A DNA stretch of 64,000 nt from Candidatus Saccharimonadota bacterium (GTDB lineage: Bacteria > Patescibacteriota > Saccharimonadia > Saccharimonadales > AQU-01), in assembly GCA_018499905.2 (NCBI GenBank), contig JAHBAU020000007.1:11408-75407 (forward strand), given 5' to 3'. The position numbers were made by a program, and so were the translations under genes. The first letter of the stretch is position 1. Each line of letters starts with the position of its first letter. The notes under the pieces are model-generated. The model was not told the DNA's origin and ran no database searches. It saw only the letters and a program-made list of their open reading frames with translations. This document shows positions 1-10,773 of the stretch, piece by piece.

Positions 1-164
1 AGGTCTTCCATTGGTGCAAATGGCTCAACTTTGGGGAGCCCACTATTGGCTGATACCAATTCCTGTAAGTCACTAATTACCAGGTCTACACGTTTCATCA
101 GAGCTTCCATAACAGGGAACTCGTCACGCTGTCTCAGTTGATCATAATCAAAACCTTCGGCCAT
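1..164 (-). CDS. hypothetical protein, runs off the window start (MAEGFDYDQLRQRDEFPVMEALMK...)
   Basis: ATG at 164 with TATAGT upstream; frame read by hand is open to position 1. Confidence 0.45.
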   Translation of the reverse strand, partial: MAEGFDYDQLRQRDEFPVMEALMKRVDLVISDLQELVSANSGLPKVEPFAPMED

Positions 165-340
165 AATTAGTGCAAACTATACAACAAGTTGAGAAAAAAG
201 CAATCTGAAAATCCACAAATGCTTTATTGTCAAAAAGATGAAAACCCTCCCTATAAAGCCGCCCTGCAATCCATTAAAATTCCCCAAGCAACGCCACCAA
301 CTGCAACAGCACAAACATCAACGTCAACGTTCGTTAGTAA

Positions 341-925
341 TTATTTGGTTTCAAATAGCTCGGGAGGGAAGCCGTATGCGGTTGCTTGTTCGGCTAGCAC
401 CGATTGTACGCCAGTCACTTGATCGGGGGTGGCTGCTCCGGCGCCGTATCCTTCCAAAGGCTTGTATATTGTCATGCCGGGCGGTACGACTTTTTCTTGC
501 TCATAGGCAGAAAGTAACTCTGGGTAGCCATCGGTCGGCAAGACTATAGTTGAACGCCGCCAACTGTTCGCAGCTTCACCGGGCACAACATGGGTCACAC
601 TAAACGGTGTCTCGATGACGCCTCCTGGCTGTTGCGGAGTCGGCTGGACATGGGGGAGGGAGTCGAGCACAGTGTCCCGATGAATAAGCATAAAACCGCC
701 GGGATCATCGGGTGATTCTGGGGTGAGCGGAACCTGTAACAGGTGCATGCCTTCGCGTACTTCAACGGCACTGACGCCTGGCACTAGGTCCGCTTGGTGT
801 GATAACGCCCAGTCAAGTGCTGCATTTGCGCTCGTTCGTAAATAGTCGCCGGCACGAACTAACTCCGGACTCACGGGTGCCCGTTGAAAGGTATTTGGTA
901 GTGGTTCGTGTTCAAAATCTGACAT
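341..925 (-). CDS. hypothetical protein
   Basis: 194-aa ORF, no recognised motif. Confidence 0.6.
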   Translation of the reverse strand: MSDFEHEPLPNTFQRAPVSPELVRAGDYLRTSANAALDWALSHQADLVPGVSAVEVREGMHLLQVPLTPESPDDPGGFMLIHRDTVLDSLPHVQPTPQQPGGVIETPFSVTHVVPGEAANSWRRSTIVLPTDGYPELLSAYEQEKVVPPGMTIYKPLEGYGAGAATPDQVTGVQSVLAEQATAYGFPPELFETK

Positions 926-1080
926 GTTTGTTTTGGATTAGTACTAGCCAATAATAACATAAACGCTAGCATTTGTAAACGATATTGTAAGTCAGGCGGC
1001 TTCAGCAGCAGCCTAAAATGAACAAATAACAGAGGTCATAGTGTTGACAAACGTGAGAGATTAATGCATAATAACTCCTT

Positions 1081-2157
1081 ATGTCAGTGGATCTCAATGA
1101 AATTCAGCGAAGAGCGCCAAGCTTTAATTTAACGGTGCCGTCCTATTTTGTGCCTGGCTCGATTGAGAGTCATGAATTTGAAGCCGGCATGTATGCGGCA
1201 ATTGCTCAAAGTGAAGAGCCAGAGACTTTTGCCGAAACCGCCTATCTGTACGCTGGTCATTTTAACCTAGGCATACCGATTAATCAGCTCATATTTTCGC
1301 TTGATCAGCCAAAACGCAAAGAAGTTTTTCAAAATGCGAGCAATCTGGCTCTGTTGTCTGGCCCAATGAGCTGGATGTTTCCGAATGAACTACAAGAAGG
1401 TGCCCAAAAGGCATTTCAAGATCTGGGCAGCACCCTGCTGTGGTCATTTGCTGTCATTGCCGCTAATGGTGGCCAGGTGGGGCCGAGCAGTGTGCCACTT
1501 ACGAGTGGTCGCGAAATTCCTGTCCGGGGCTTTACGCATGAGCAGGCTGTGCAAACGGCACAGGCCTTAACAGCCACTAGTTGGCTGATGCGAAATGTCG
1601 TGGCAAGTTATGACCGCTGGCCCGTGCAGCGCATGAATGAAACCGGCGCTTTTGGCATGTATCGCCTTGGGAAAGAAGGTGACGTGATTGCGACTGTCCG
1701 TCCGATGGCACAACCCGGCTATGATTCGGCGGTAGAGTACGGTTCAAGCAGCTATGGCTCCCAGGCAAGCATTGGCTTTAGCGTTGATCTTGAAGGGCCA
1801 TACTCTATCTATAAACGCGAGCATCAAAACCCCTTTTGTATCCGTATAGATAACGAAGGTGATCAGCTGGCACTCGATGTCGGCTCAATTTTGGGTAAGC
1901 CTGGCACGCTTGGCAAAGATGTTGCCGATCTTATTACTATTGGTGATTACGCCCGGCTTCAATCTCGGTTTCCTGAGCGGCATAGTGAACTTTCAATGAA
2001 CCATAGCAAACTGTACTTTGCGCAAGACATGGCTCAGCCTGAAACCTTTGCCCAAATGGTGGCACCGTTTGCCGCTCGATTGGAAAACAGATGGCAGGCT
2101 ACTCGCGGGGAGCTGCCTGCGCGCCTGCTGCTGCAAGCGCAAACAGCTGACGCATAG
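1081..2157 (+). CDS. hypothetical protein
   Basis: 358-aa ORF preceded by TTGACA and a TATAAT-like box. Confidence 0.7.
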   Translation: MSVDLNEIQRRAPSFNLTVPSYFVPGSIESHEFEAGMYAAIAQSEEPETFAETAYLYAGHFNLGIPINQLIFSLDQPKRKEVFQNASNLALLSGPMSWMFPNELQEGAQKAFQDLGSTLLWSFAVIAANGGQVGPSSVPLTSGREIPVRGFTHEQAVQTAQALTATSWLMRNVVASYDRWPVQRMNETGAFGMYRLGKEGDVIATVRPMAQPGYDSAVEYGSSSYGSQASIGFSVDLEGPYSIYKREHQNPFCIRIDNEGDQLALDVGSILGKPGTLGKDVADLITIGDYARLQSRFPERHSELSMNHSKLYFAQDMAQPETFAQMVAPFAARLENRWQATRGELPARLLLQAQTADA

Positions 2158-2860
2158 CTTCAGCAACCTGTGGGCTCTCGATGATCATACCAATTGCTTC
2201 TTCGCCAAAAGATATGATGCTGGTTTTGTCGCCATAAGTGCTTAGCTCCACTTTGCTTGTGTAGTCTTGAGGTTTAATCGGCAAACGATCAATACGGAAC
2301 TTCTTGTCTGATTCGGCATTCCATTGAGATGTGTCCGTACTAGAATTGAGCATATGCGTGGTGATGCCTTGCTTGGCACGGCGTTCCTTATAACGGATAT
2401 AGAAATCTAAACTCATCAGATCTTGGTCGTGAGGTGAACGCACGACGTAGATATCTTTATTAGTGCGGAGGGTGTCGTTATAGATCTCTTTGATGCCTTC
2501 GACACCCTGGTAGAACTTAATGCCAGGCTGCTCCGAAAATGTATAGAAATAGTTGAGAAGTGTTGGCAGCGCCGCTTGCACGGTACGCTCTCGTTCCAGG
2601 GCTTGTTGACGGGATTTTCGTGCCAATTGTTCTAAAGCGACGGGATTTTCGGGGCGGTAGACTAACTTCTTTTTGATTTCTTGTTTGCGACCTAACCCAA
2701 GTTCTACGAGTTGATCGAGTACTGCGTAGGCGTTAGTTCGGGTAATACCAATAAGACTAGCCAGTTGGGGCGGGGTAACCGAGCCATGTTTAACCTGGGC
2801 AATGTAGGCCCTTGCCTGGGTTTCGTTTAGGCCAAGAGAGACGAGTGTTGCGACATCCAT
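2099..2860 (-). CDS. TrmB-family transcriptional regulator
   Basis: N-terminal LGLNETQARAY...ITRTNAYAVLDQLVELGL winged helix; C-terminal IKFYQGVEGIK...YGDKTSIISF effector domain; ATG at 2860. Confidence 0.88.
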   Translation of the reverse strand: MDVATLVSLGLNETQARAYIAQVKHGSVTPPQLASLIGITRTNAYAVLDQLVELGLGRKQEIKKKLVYRPENPVALEQLARKSRQQALERERTVQAALPTLLNYFYTFSEQPGIKFYQGVEGIKEIYNDTLRTNKDIYVVRSPHDQDLMSLDFYIRYKERRAKQGITTHMLNSSTDTSQWNAESDKKFRIDRLPIKPQDYTSKVELSTYGDKTSIISFGEEAIGMIIESPQVAEAMRQLFALAAAGAQAAPRE

Positions 2861-2886
2861 GGATACAGTAAAACAAAACAATCATA

Positions 2887-2911
2887 TTTTGTCAATCAAA
2901 ATCTGACAAAA
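2887..2911. promoter_or_regulatory. inverted repeat, candidate TrmB autoregulatory operator
   Basis: TTTTGTCA-N9-TGACAAAA overlapping a minus-strand TTGACA upstream of the regulator. Confidence 0.4.
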
Positions 2912-3038
2912 ATTATTTACACATAACTTCTTAGAAATAATGTGCAGTAAACAGCAAATTGACTAAAACGTGAGTATATTTCATAATGTGCAGCCACGTG
3001 CGGGATAACACTGTACATGAATAATTGAAAGGATCTTT

Positions 3039-3503
3039 GTGAGTAGAGAAAGAAGTACATTACGCAGAGTGACAGTACCTGCCATTGTTGCATTGGGTGC
3101 AGCTTTAAGCGGCTGTGGTCTGGATGGAGAGCGAGCTGAACAAACCTGGCGGCTTGAAGTACAATGCCCCACCGATACCGATGAGCTACAAGTTATTAAT
3201 CTTGAAGCTAACGGGTCTCGCGGTGTGGATAGTATTGATTTTGCATGCGCCACTAGTGGCAGTTCTGATAGAGTAGCGCCTTTGTCAGTTGAGTTTACAG
3301 GAGCAATTGACGAAACGTTAAACGACCCCTACACACCCGAGGTAGCGAGGCACGTACTTGATCTATCGGTCTCGTTTCGGGAAGGTGGTTTGTTCGGAAC
3401 AAATCCTGCCGTTAGCGAGATCTCCATCGGCGATGCGTTTGCGACAGTGCATGTAGTTGGAGCTCTTATTGCTGGATCAGACGTCATTCGAGGGGAGAGC
3501 TAA
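3039..3503 (+). CDS. putative lipoprotein
   Basis: hydrophobic signal ending in lipobox-like ALSGC. Confidence 0.65.
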   Translation: MSRERSTLRRVTVPAIVALGAALSGCGLDGERAEQTWRLEVQCPTDTDELQVINLEANGSRGVDSIDFACATSGSSDRVAPLSVEFTGAIDETLNDPYTPEVARHVLDLSVSFREGGLFGTNPAVSEISIGDAFATVHVVGALIAGSDVIRGES

Positions 3504-3507
3504 AACG

Positions 3508-4227
3508 ATGCGACGCGTTTATTCAATGGAACCCCATGATGGATATTCCCTAGATGAAACACTTCGCCTAGAGTTGGCCCAGGCCAGGATTAACCATGCC
3601 ATTCGATCAACACAAGTATTGACGCAGGATTTTCAGGCAGCGGTGCAAAAATGGCAACCACAAGTAGATCTGCAGTATGGTGTTATGCACAATGACAGCT
3701 TCCCATATGCATATACCAATGAGGCAAGAGCTTATTTAGTACGCGACCGCGCTGAAGAGCAGGCCAGGCTTGAGGAAGAGGCACGAGAAATCCCCATGGC
3801 CAGCAACTTGTATATAGGGGAGTGCTACAAGGTCCCCGTTAGCGACGCTCTAATTTCTGCAACTGGTGGTTCATTAGCACGCTATGCACTGGCACACGGG
3901 TTGGACGAAGATGCCAGCTCATTGCAGCACATTGTCGAGCTTGGCCATCGTAATCGCCCAGCAGACTATACCGACGTAGATTTGGAAAATGAAAGTCTTA
4001 ATCTGATTGGTGTAGCTGTGGTTGTAGATAAAGATCAAACCTTCCCGCGCCCGGAATGGGCGCATGTTGTCGTCCCTGAGCTGCCCGATGTGCAGCGATT
4101 TTCTCGATTTTGCATGCGTGAACTAGATTTTGGCCAAAACTCGGAAGAGTTTTTTGATCGTCAAGCCGATCTGTTCGCCGGCTCGCGTCTTGTTGTGGGA
4201 ACAGGTTTTAAAGAGATTTACGAGTAG
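3508..4227 (+). CDS. hypothetical protein
   Basis: ORF follows the previous gene by 4 nt; ATG at 3508. Confidence 0.6.
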   Translation: MRRVYSMEPHDGYSLDETLRLELAQARINHAIRSTQVLTQDFQAAVQKWQPQVDLQYGVMHNDSFPYAYTNEARAYLVRDRAEEQARLEEEAREIPMASNLYIGECYKVPVSDALISATGGSLARYALAHGLDEDASSLQHIVELGHRNRPADYTDVDLENESLNLIGVAVVVDKDQTFPRPEWAHVVVPELPDVQRFSRFCMRELDFGQNSEEFFDRQADLFAGSRLVVGTGFKEIYE

Positions 4228-4235
4228 ATCTTGCT

Positions 4236-5534
4236 ATGAGAGTTACATCATTTGAAAACACAGCCGTTGCAGTGACAGTTATGCGACATAACGAAGCATT
4301 TGGTGCGGATCCGACTGAACTTGAGGACGGCAACATGATTCCACGTTTGTGTGCGGCTGTTGGCGCCGGAGTCTGCGCCAGAGCTTGTCAGCTGGAAGGT
4401 AATGAACGGGCTGAAGTTGGCAAGGCTTGCGCTGAAAACAACATAGCTGCAGCGCTTGAGTCTTTTGGTGTGCAGCCTGAACAGTTTGTATTAGCTGGCG
4501 CAACAAAAGATATTGTTCGATTCGGCGACAGTCTTTCAATAAAGGAGGTAAAGCAATCATCTGAAGGCTATAGCCAGGTACCTGATACCAATGCTTTCTT
4601 TTTCAGACCGGGTATTGATACTTTGCCGAATGGTAATTTTATCGAAGCGACCGGTATGCGCATGGCCGACTGTGGTGCCGTAAACTATCAGCTTACTGAC
4701 CATGATGGTAATCAGGTTGTTGGCATGGCGCATTTCTCACGAACGAATATGCGCGGACCAAGCAAATTTGAGCACACATTTCACGATGAACAAGCTAGTT
4801 GGTCGGACACAGTTATCGGGTCAGCCCTCGAGCATTATCAGGCTGATCCCAGCAGCGTATCGATTTACGTGAGCGCAGCGGTAGAAGGCAAGGACTTCAT
4901 CCATCATTACGATAACGTCGAGACAATGGAGGAGCATTATCCTGGCTGGAATGAACTTGGTTTTATGCATCCTCTTGGCGATCAGACAGAAGATTTTGAC
5001 TGTTTGATTGATTACCGGGAAATGATAGGCTGGCAGCTCGAGGGTTCTGCCCATAGGTTTGGCTTCACGCTTCATGACTCGCAGCTTGAGTCGGCGATCA
5101 ATACAGGTGATTTGTTGCTAGGGCATGCTTCACACCATGCCGCGACACACGATGAAATTGCTCACGGCAGAGACTTGTATATGGTTAAGGGAACGTCGCC
5201 CATCGATTACTACCAGCTAGCACTTGAGACTGCAGTTGCAAATGAGATAGTACGCATGCCGCTTGAAGCGGGCATGCCACAACTTGATCAAGATCCGTTT
5301 GTTGCACTCTATCAGCTGCGAATGGGTCACGCGCCACCCCCGCGACAACTCTGGGATACGCCAGATATCCGTGAAGCTGCCGAGGCCGAGGGGTTTCACC
5401 CGATGACCTATTGGCTCATGGACAGCGAGGTGCCCTCGGCTTCTGAAATGTACTCCCTATACGCTCAATGGCTGGAAGGGGTTAATCAGGCACAACAGAG
5501 AGACGGGGACAGTAGCATTAACGAGCAAGCATAA
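4236..5534 (+). CDS. YfiH/PgeF-like (laccase-domain) protein with C-terminal extension
   Basis: MRMADCGAV, GMAHFSR and SHH motifs resemble the family's ADC / H / SHR signature. Confidence 0.6.
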   Translation: MRVTSFENTAVAVTVMRHNEAFGADPTELEDGNMIPRLCAAVGAGVCARACQLEGNERAEVGKACAENNIAAALESFGVQPEQFVLAGATKDIVRFGDSLSIKEVKQSSEGYSQVPDTNAFFFRPGIDTLPNGNFIEATGMRMADCGAVNYQLTDHDGNQVVGMAHFSRTNMRGPSKFEHTFHDEQASWSDTVIGSALEHYQADPSSVSIYVSAAVEGKDFIHHYDNVETMEEHYPGWNELGFMHPLGDQTEDFDCLIDYREMIGWQLEGSAHRFGFTLHDSQLESAINTGDLLLGHASHHAATHDEIAHGRDLYMVKGTSPIDYYQLALETAVANEIVRMPLEAGMPQLDQDPFVALYQLRMGHAPPPRQLWDTPDIREAAEAEGFHPMTYWLMDSEVPSASEMYSLYAQWLEGVNQAQQRDGDSSINEQA

Positions 5535-5738
5535 CAAGCTCGCTACCGTTTGTAGAAATCTAGCTCTTGAAGGGCATCGGCTTCGTGCAAATGTCGTAAA
5601 AAATCGCCACACTTACTGGGTAATCATGATGACTTCGCAAAGCTTACGGCTGAAAACTACCTTGAGACATGTATGAATAATTTATAACATTAGCGCAATA
5701 AATCAAGTAAATGAGTCAGCTGGTATAGTGGAAGGGAA

Positions 5739-6947
5739 ATGATTTCGTTTCCAATTAAACGTTTGTATGTAAGTGAGTTGATTTCACAAAGTGTGGCAAT
5801 CTATCCACTTTACGCCATTATGTTTGGCGAACGCAGCGGGCTGACTCTAAGCCAGGTGGGTCTTATTTTGGGCTTGTTCTCGATTACTACTATAGTTGCT
5901 GAGGTGCCAACCGGTGCAATTGCCGACCGCTTTTCTCGGAAGTGGTCGCTCATACTCTCAAAGCTTATGCTAGCGGCTGCGATGGTAGTATGGCTTTTCT
6001 GGCCTGGTATGACAGGGTATTGCATCGGTATAGTGTTGATGGGCTTTGAAGAAGCGCTGTATAGCGGGGCGATGCAATCCTATCTGTATGAGCAGCTTGC
6101 TGATCGCAACAAAGAGTTTGCACACATAAATGCTCGGTTGTGGGCGATGATGATGGCTGGCTGGACGGTTGGTGCCGCGCTGGCTGCCCTGGTCGGGCCA
6201 AATTACAGACTCCTCCTCATCCTGAGCGTCATATCGCCATTAATCGGTGCTGCTATCACTGCCAGTCTGCCAAGTGATCGATTGGACATTGCTGCTCGCC
6301 ATGCAGAAACTGGTGGGTCACTGCTTGCAAATACCAAAGCCGCAGCGCACTACATTTTTAGTGCACGCACTGTGCTCTATGCCGTGCTGTCGATCGTATC
6401 GCTCAAATTATTGGTAGACGTACTTATTGAGTACATACCTCTGTACTACAAAGGTTCAGGGGTGAGTACTGAAACTATTCCACTGCTGTTCTTTGTCGGC
6501 AACGCTATCACAATCGGTCTATTCTGGTTTAGCCGTCAACTGTCTGCATTGGTTCGCAGACGGGAGCTGGCCATTGGAACAATCTTGGTAATCTTACTAC
6601 TAATTACCAGTCAGTTGGGCATGTGGGCCAGTATATTGGGCATGTTTTGGTACGTACGCGTGGTGCGCATGCTATTTGTTACGCAAGAGGGAGAGATCCA
6701 GCATTTGCTGATTGACCGTCATCGCGCCACCGTTACCTCAATATACTCGATGATTACCAGGCTTTTAATGGCCTTGTCATTGGTAATCATCGGGCGATTC
6801 GCTGTAGGCAGTAAAGGTGTTGTTGGCCCGATTCTAGTCTTTGTACCGCTTGTTTATCTCTGTTATGCGTTACTATACCGACAAAATCGTAACCACGTGC
6901 CAAGGTCGGGTATCGAGGCCTTGCCGCACGTGCACCCCACAGCCTAA
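5739..6947 (+). CDS. MFS transporter
   Basis: about 12 hydrophobic segments; EVPTGAIADRFSRK motif A. Confidence 0.9.
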   Translation: MISFPIKRLYVSELISQSVAIYPLYAIMFGERSGLTLSQVGLILGLFSITTIVAEVPTGAIADRFSRKWSLILSKLMLAAAMVVWLFWPGMTGYCIGIVLMGFEEALYSGAMQSYLYEQLADRNKEFAHINARLWAMMMAGWTVGAALAALVGPNYRLLLILSVISPLIGAAITASLPSDRLDIAARHAETGGSLLANTKAAAHYIFSARTVLYAVLSIVSLKLLVDVLIEYIPLYYKGSGVSTETIPLLFFVGNAITIGLFWFSRQLSALVRRRELAIGTILVILLLITSQLGMWASILGMFWYVRVVRMLFVTQEGEIQHLLIDRHRATVTSIYSMITRLLMALSLVIIGRFAVGSKGVVGPILVFVPLVYLCYALLYRQNRNHVPRSGIEALPHVHPTA

Positions 6948-7010
6948 AAAAGTTCTGGCAATTATATAAAAAAGTTGTATAATAATACTTTATTTTTATG
7001 GGATCAAAGC

Positions 7011-7484
7011 ATGCTATTTCCTAATGACGATATTCTTGGCCTCGAACATGTTTATTTACGAACACGGCAAACTTCCTTCAGTCGCGATTTGTTAGATAGT
7101 GGCGCCGCCGCCGCGATAGTTGCTTGCAATATGGAAGTCGGAGATGTGCGGTTATACCTAGATCCTTTGGGGCCCAATAGACTCTACGTACCGGCAATGA
7201 GCACGACTATGGTAGCAGCTGATGAAGGTCCGGACTCTGAAGCACAAATGCTGTCTCTGGCGTGCATCACTTACGTTCATCCGGAGCGTCCGTGCAGGGT
7301 AGATAACCTATACTATGTAGGTGCCCTCGATCAGGGTGGTGATTTCCTGGTATTTGATGCTGTCAGTGAAGGTCCCGCTGCTTTGGTTTGGGAGGCGGCA
7401 GCCGGACTCATGCAGGACCGAGAAGTATTACCTCACTTAAGCGACGATCTGCTGAAGATCGATCCTATCGCACCAATTCAATAA
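7011..7484 (+). CDS. hypothetical protein, paralog of downstream ORF
   Basis: ATG at 7011; shares C-terminal motif with 7493-7960. Confidence 0.6.
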   Translation: MLFPNDDILGLEHVYLRTRQTSFSRDLLDSGAAAAIVACNMEVGDVRLYLDPLGPNRLYVPAMSTTMVAADEGPDSEAQMLSLACITYVHPERPCRVDNLYYVGALDQGGDFLVFDAVSEGPAALVWEAAAGLMQDREVLPHLSDDLLKIDPIAPIQ

Positions 7485-7492
7485 TCAAGTTT

Positions 7493-7960
7493 ATGGCTAT
7501 GGCTCAACCATCTTATGACGTGCAAGTAGCAACACTGCTGGACATGCAGCACTATATCTCCGGCGAGTTGTTTGAAACCAGAGCATCTGTCGAGGTTGTC
7601 GCTGCTGCCGCTACGCATGGTCCATGGTGGCGGCGTAGGGATTTGGGGCCAGTATTTGTCGACCGTGACTATGTGCCCGAGATCGTTCCAGCCGATGTCT
7701 TTCCAAAGCTCAGGCTAGTAGGTATTGAATTCGACAGCTCAGGCAGAAGAGTCGAGCAATCTTTCTGGAATATCGGTCCAATATTTGAAGGTGAGGCAGT
7801 CGCCATAGCCCCTGGCGTGCCGCAACGTGCCGCCGACATTGTGTATGATGCTGCCGTTTATCTGCAATCGCAACAACTGGCCGGAGTTTTGCCAGATCTC
7901 AGCCCAGACCTGACATATATTCGCCGCACACCGCTGCTAAATACCGATGTTGGCTTATAA
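7493..7960 (+). CDS. hypothetical protein, paralog of upstream ORF
   Basis: ATG at 7493; VLPDLSPDL vs VLPHLSDDL. Confidence 0.6.
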   Translation: MAMAQPSYDVQVATLLDMQHYISGELFETRASVEVVAAAATHGPWWRRRDLGPVFVDRDYVPEIVPADVFPKLRLVGIEFDSSGRRVEQSFWNIGPIFEGEAVAIAPGVPQRAADIVYDAAVYLQSQQLAGVLPDLSPDLTYIRRTPLLNTDVGL

Positions 7961-8052
7961 TACAAAATTGACAAAAGCATAAGCTCATCGTTATATCGAG
8001 ATTTTGTAAAGGAAGTTCAACCGTAATCCCTAACAGCGTATAATAGTCATAG

Positions 8053-10710
8053 ATGGCAGATAAAAAACGTTTGGTGGTGATTGACGGTAAAAGTGTCTTT
8101 TACCGCGGCTACTACGCCATGCCCAATCTTTCGACCAACGATGGTACGCCAACTGGCGGCGTCTATGGCTTTGCCGTCATGGCGTTGGAAGTCATTAAAC
8201 GGCTAAAGCCGGATTATGTCTGTGTGGCCTGGGACAAGCCCAAAACCAACATTCGACGCCGACTCAAACTCTATCCAGATTACAAAGCTGGCCGCAAAGC
8301 CGCACCACCAGATTTTTATGCACAGATTCCCATGCTTCACGAACTCTTGGATGCTTTTGGTTGGCCGCTGTACGAATTGGATGATTACGAGGCCGACGAC
8401 ATAATGGGTTGTTTGGCAGTGCAGGCAAAAGCACAAGGACTCGAGACCTTACTGGTTACATCTGACATGGACATGCTGCAACTGGTGAACGGCGACGTGC
8501 ATGTCTACGCACTCAAAACTGGGCTTTCTAATATTGAACTGTATAACCCCAAATCGTTTGAGGCTAAATATGGTATTGGTGTAGAGCAATTTTTGGATTT
8601 AAAGGCCTTAAAGGGCGATAGCTCGGACAACATTCCAGGAGTGCCAGGCATTGGCGAAAAGGGTGCGATTGAGTTACTCAAAGCTTATAAGACGCTCGAT
8701 AACATTTATGACAACTTGGCGCTCATTAAGGATTCTTTGCGCAAAAAGTTAGAAGCTGGCAAAGAGCTAGCTTATTTGAGTAAAGAATTAGCCGACATTT
8801 GGACAGACGCCCCGCTCAAACTTGACCTGAAGGCAACTGATTTAGCCAATTGCCAACCAGAACAGGTGCTGGCAGTGCTGAACAAGCTTGAATTTAAAAG
8901 CCTGGCTAGGCAATTGCCAGAAGTAATGAAGGTCGACCCGTCGGTCGTGCCCGCCAGTTTGCCTACTGCAGCTAAAGAGCTGCCGGTTGGCAAGGTAACG
9001 GTTGTCACAAAAGATACGGATCTAACCTCAGTCATAATGGGGGAAGGCAAAGAAGTCGTGCTGCACACCCGCGCCGGTGGCAAGCATGGCCGTAACCCAC
9101 ATCTCATTATTATCAGCCCCTCCGAAGATCATACCTATGTGCTTGATATGACCAAGCTAAAGGTCGACCAGGTTGTCGAGCTGTTGGCTGGTGTGAAATC
9201 GCTGGTTGGCTATGACCTCAAATCGTCACTCAAAGTGCTCATAGAGCTGGGCGCTGCCTTACCACCGGTGGCGCACGACGTGCAAATTGGTGCGTTTTTG
9301 GTCAATTCACTGCGCCGAGATTTGTCTTTGAGTGAGCTGGCCAGCAGCGATCTTGGTTACGGCGGCTCACTGTTTGAAGATTTGGACGACGATGAACTCA
9401 TAAGTAGAGCAGGTGAAATCACTGCTGTCTTGCGTGGCCTAGCCAACCTGCAGGGTGAACAAATGAGTGAGCTTACCGGGCTTATTAAGGTGGCGGAAGA
9501 TATAGAGTGGCCGGTGATTCCGGTGCTAGCTCGTATGGAACATCAAGGCATTTATTTGGATACTGAGTACTTGAGCGGGATGGCCGAGCGGGTAGCCGAC
9601 AAAATTTCCGATCTCGAGCAAGAAATTTACGGGCATGCCGACCAAGAGTTCAATATTAGTTCACCGGCTCAGCTGGCGGACATCTTATTTGTAAAGTTGA
9701 ATTTGCCGCATGACGGCGTTAAAAAGGGCAAAACCGGCTATTCAACCGCCGCCGCCGAGCTCGACAAGCTGCGCGGCCTACATCCAATTATTGACCTTAT
9801 AACGAGCTACCGCGAAGTGACCAAACTCAAGAATACTTATATTGATCCGCTGCCCAAGATGGTTGATGAAGCATCGCGACTGCACACCACTTACGCTATG
9901 ACGGTGGCGCAGACTGGGCGCTTAAGTTCTAATGATCCAAATCTGCAGAACATACCGGTCCGCACTGAACTTGGCCGCGAAATCCGCACGGCGTTTGTAG
10001 CTGCCCCAGAACATACCCTGGTCAGTGCTGACTACAGCCAGTTCGAGCTGCGTTTAGCCGCCTATTTATGCGGTGACGAAGAATTAATGGATCAGTTCAA
10101 CCGCGACATCGATGTGCACTTGGCCACTGCCGCGCAGGTCTATGACCGCTCACCCGAAGACGTCACCAAAAATATGCGCCGCGATGCCAAGGCGGTGAAC
10201 TTTGGGATTATGTATGGCCAGGGCCCGCACGGGTTGGTGCAGACCACTGGTATGACGTACGAAGCTGCCAAGCAATTTATTGCCAAATACTTTGAAATTC
10301 GGCCCAAATTAAAGGCCTACATTGATTCAGTCAAAGACATGGCCAAAAACAAGGGTTATGTGGAGACCATGTACGGCCGCCGCCGCCCAACGCCCGATGT
10401 GCATTCCTCGAACTTTATTGTGCGTGAAGCAGCATACCGTGCTGCGGTGAATATGCCGTTCCAAGGTTCGGCTGCTGACATTATGAAACTGGGAATGATT
10501 GCCGTGCAAAAACGACTCGATGAAGAATTTGACGGGGAAGACCCGCCCCAGATTTTGCTACAAATCCACGACAGTTTAATTGTGGAATGCATCGCCTCAC
10601 AGGCCGAAAAAGTAGCCAAACTCATCAAAGAAACCATGGAAAACGTCGTCAGTCTCCCTATCAAACTAACCGTCGACACCTCCACCGGCGAAAACTGGGG
10701 CAAACTTTAG
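8053..10710 (+). CDS. polA: DNA polymerase I
   Basis: 5'-3' exonuclease (IDGKS, EADD, GDSSDNIPGV) plus family A polymerase (DYSQFELR, KAVNFG, QIHD). Confidence 0.99.
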   Translation: MADKKRLVVIDGKSVFYRGYYAMPNLSTNDGTPTGGVYGFAVMALEVIKRLKPDYVCVAWDKPKTNIRRRLKLYPDYKAGRKAAPPDFYAQIPMLHELLDAFGWPLYELDDYEADDIMGCLAVQAKAQGLETLLVTSDMDMLQLVNGDVHVYALKTGLSNIELYNPKSFEAKYGIGVEQFLDLKALKGDSSDNIPGVPGIGEKGAIELLKAYKTLDNIYDNLALIKDSLRKKLEAGKELAYLSKELADIWTDAPLKLDLKATDLANCQPEQVLAVLNKLEFKSLARQLPEVMKVDPSVVPASLPTAAKELPVGKVTVVTKDTDLTSVIMGEGKEVVLHTRAGGKHGRNPHLIIISPSEDHTYVLDMTKLKVDQVVELLAGVKSLVGYDLKSSLKVLIELGAALPPVAHDVQIGAFLVNSLRRDLSLSELASSDLGYGGSLFEDLDDDELISRAGEITAVLRGLANLQGEQMSELTGLIKVAEDIEWPVIPVLARMEHQGIYLDTEYLSGMAERVADKISDLEQEIYGHADQEFNISSPAQLADILFVKLNLPHDGVKKGKTGYSTAAAELDKLRGLHPIIDLITSYREVTKLKNTYIDPLPKMVDEASRLHTTYAMTVAQTGRLSSNDPNLQNIPVRTELGREIRTAFVAAPEHTLVSADYSQFELRLAAYLCGDEELMDQFNRDIDVHLATAAQVYDRSPEDVTKNMRRDAKAVNFGIMYGQGPHGLVQTTGMTYEAAKQFIAKYFEIRPKLKAYIDSVKDMAKNKGYVETMYGRRRPTPDVHSSNFIVREAAYRAAVNMPFQGSAADIMKLGMIAVQKRLDEEFDGEDPPQILLQIHDSLIVECIASQAEKVAKLIKETMENVVSLPIKLTVDTSTGENWGKL

Positions 10711-10773
10711 ACTGTCCTCTGGGCTAACGCTACCTTACGAGATAATGTTTTACGTCTGTTAATTGGTAGGTAA

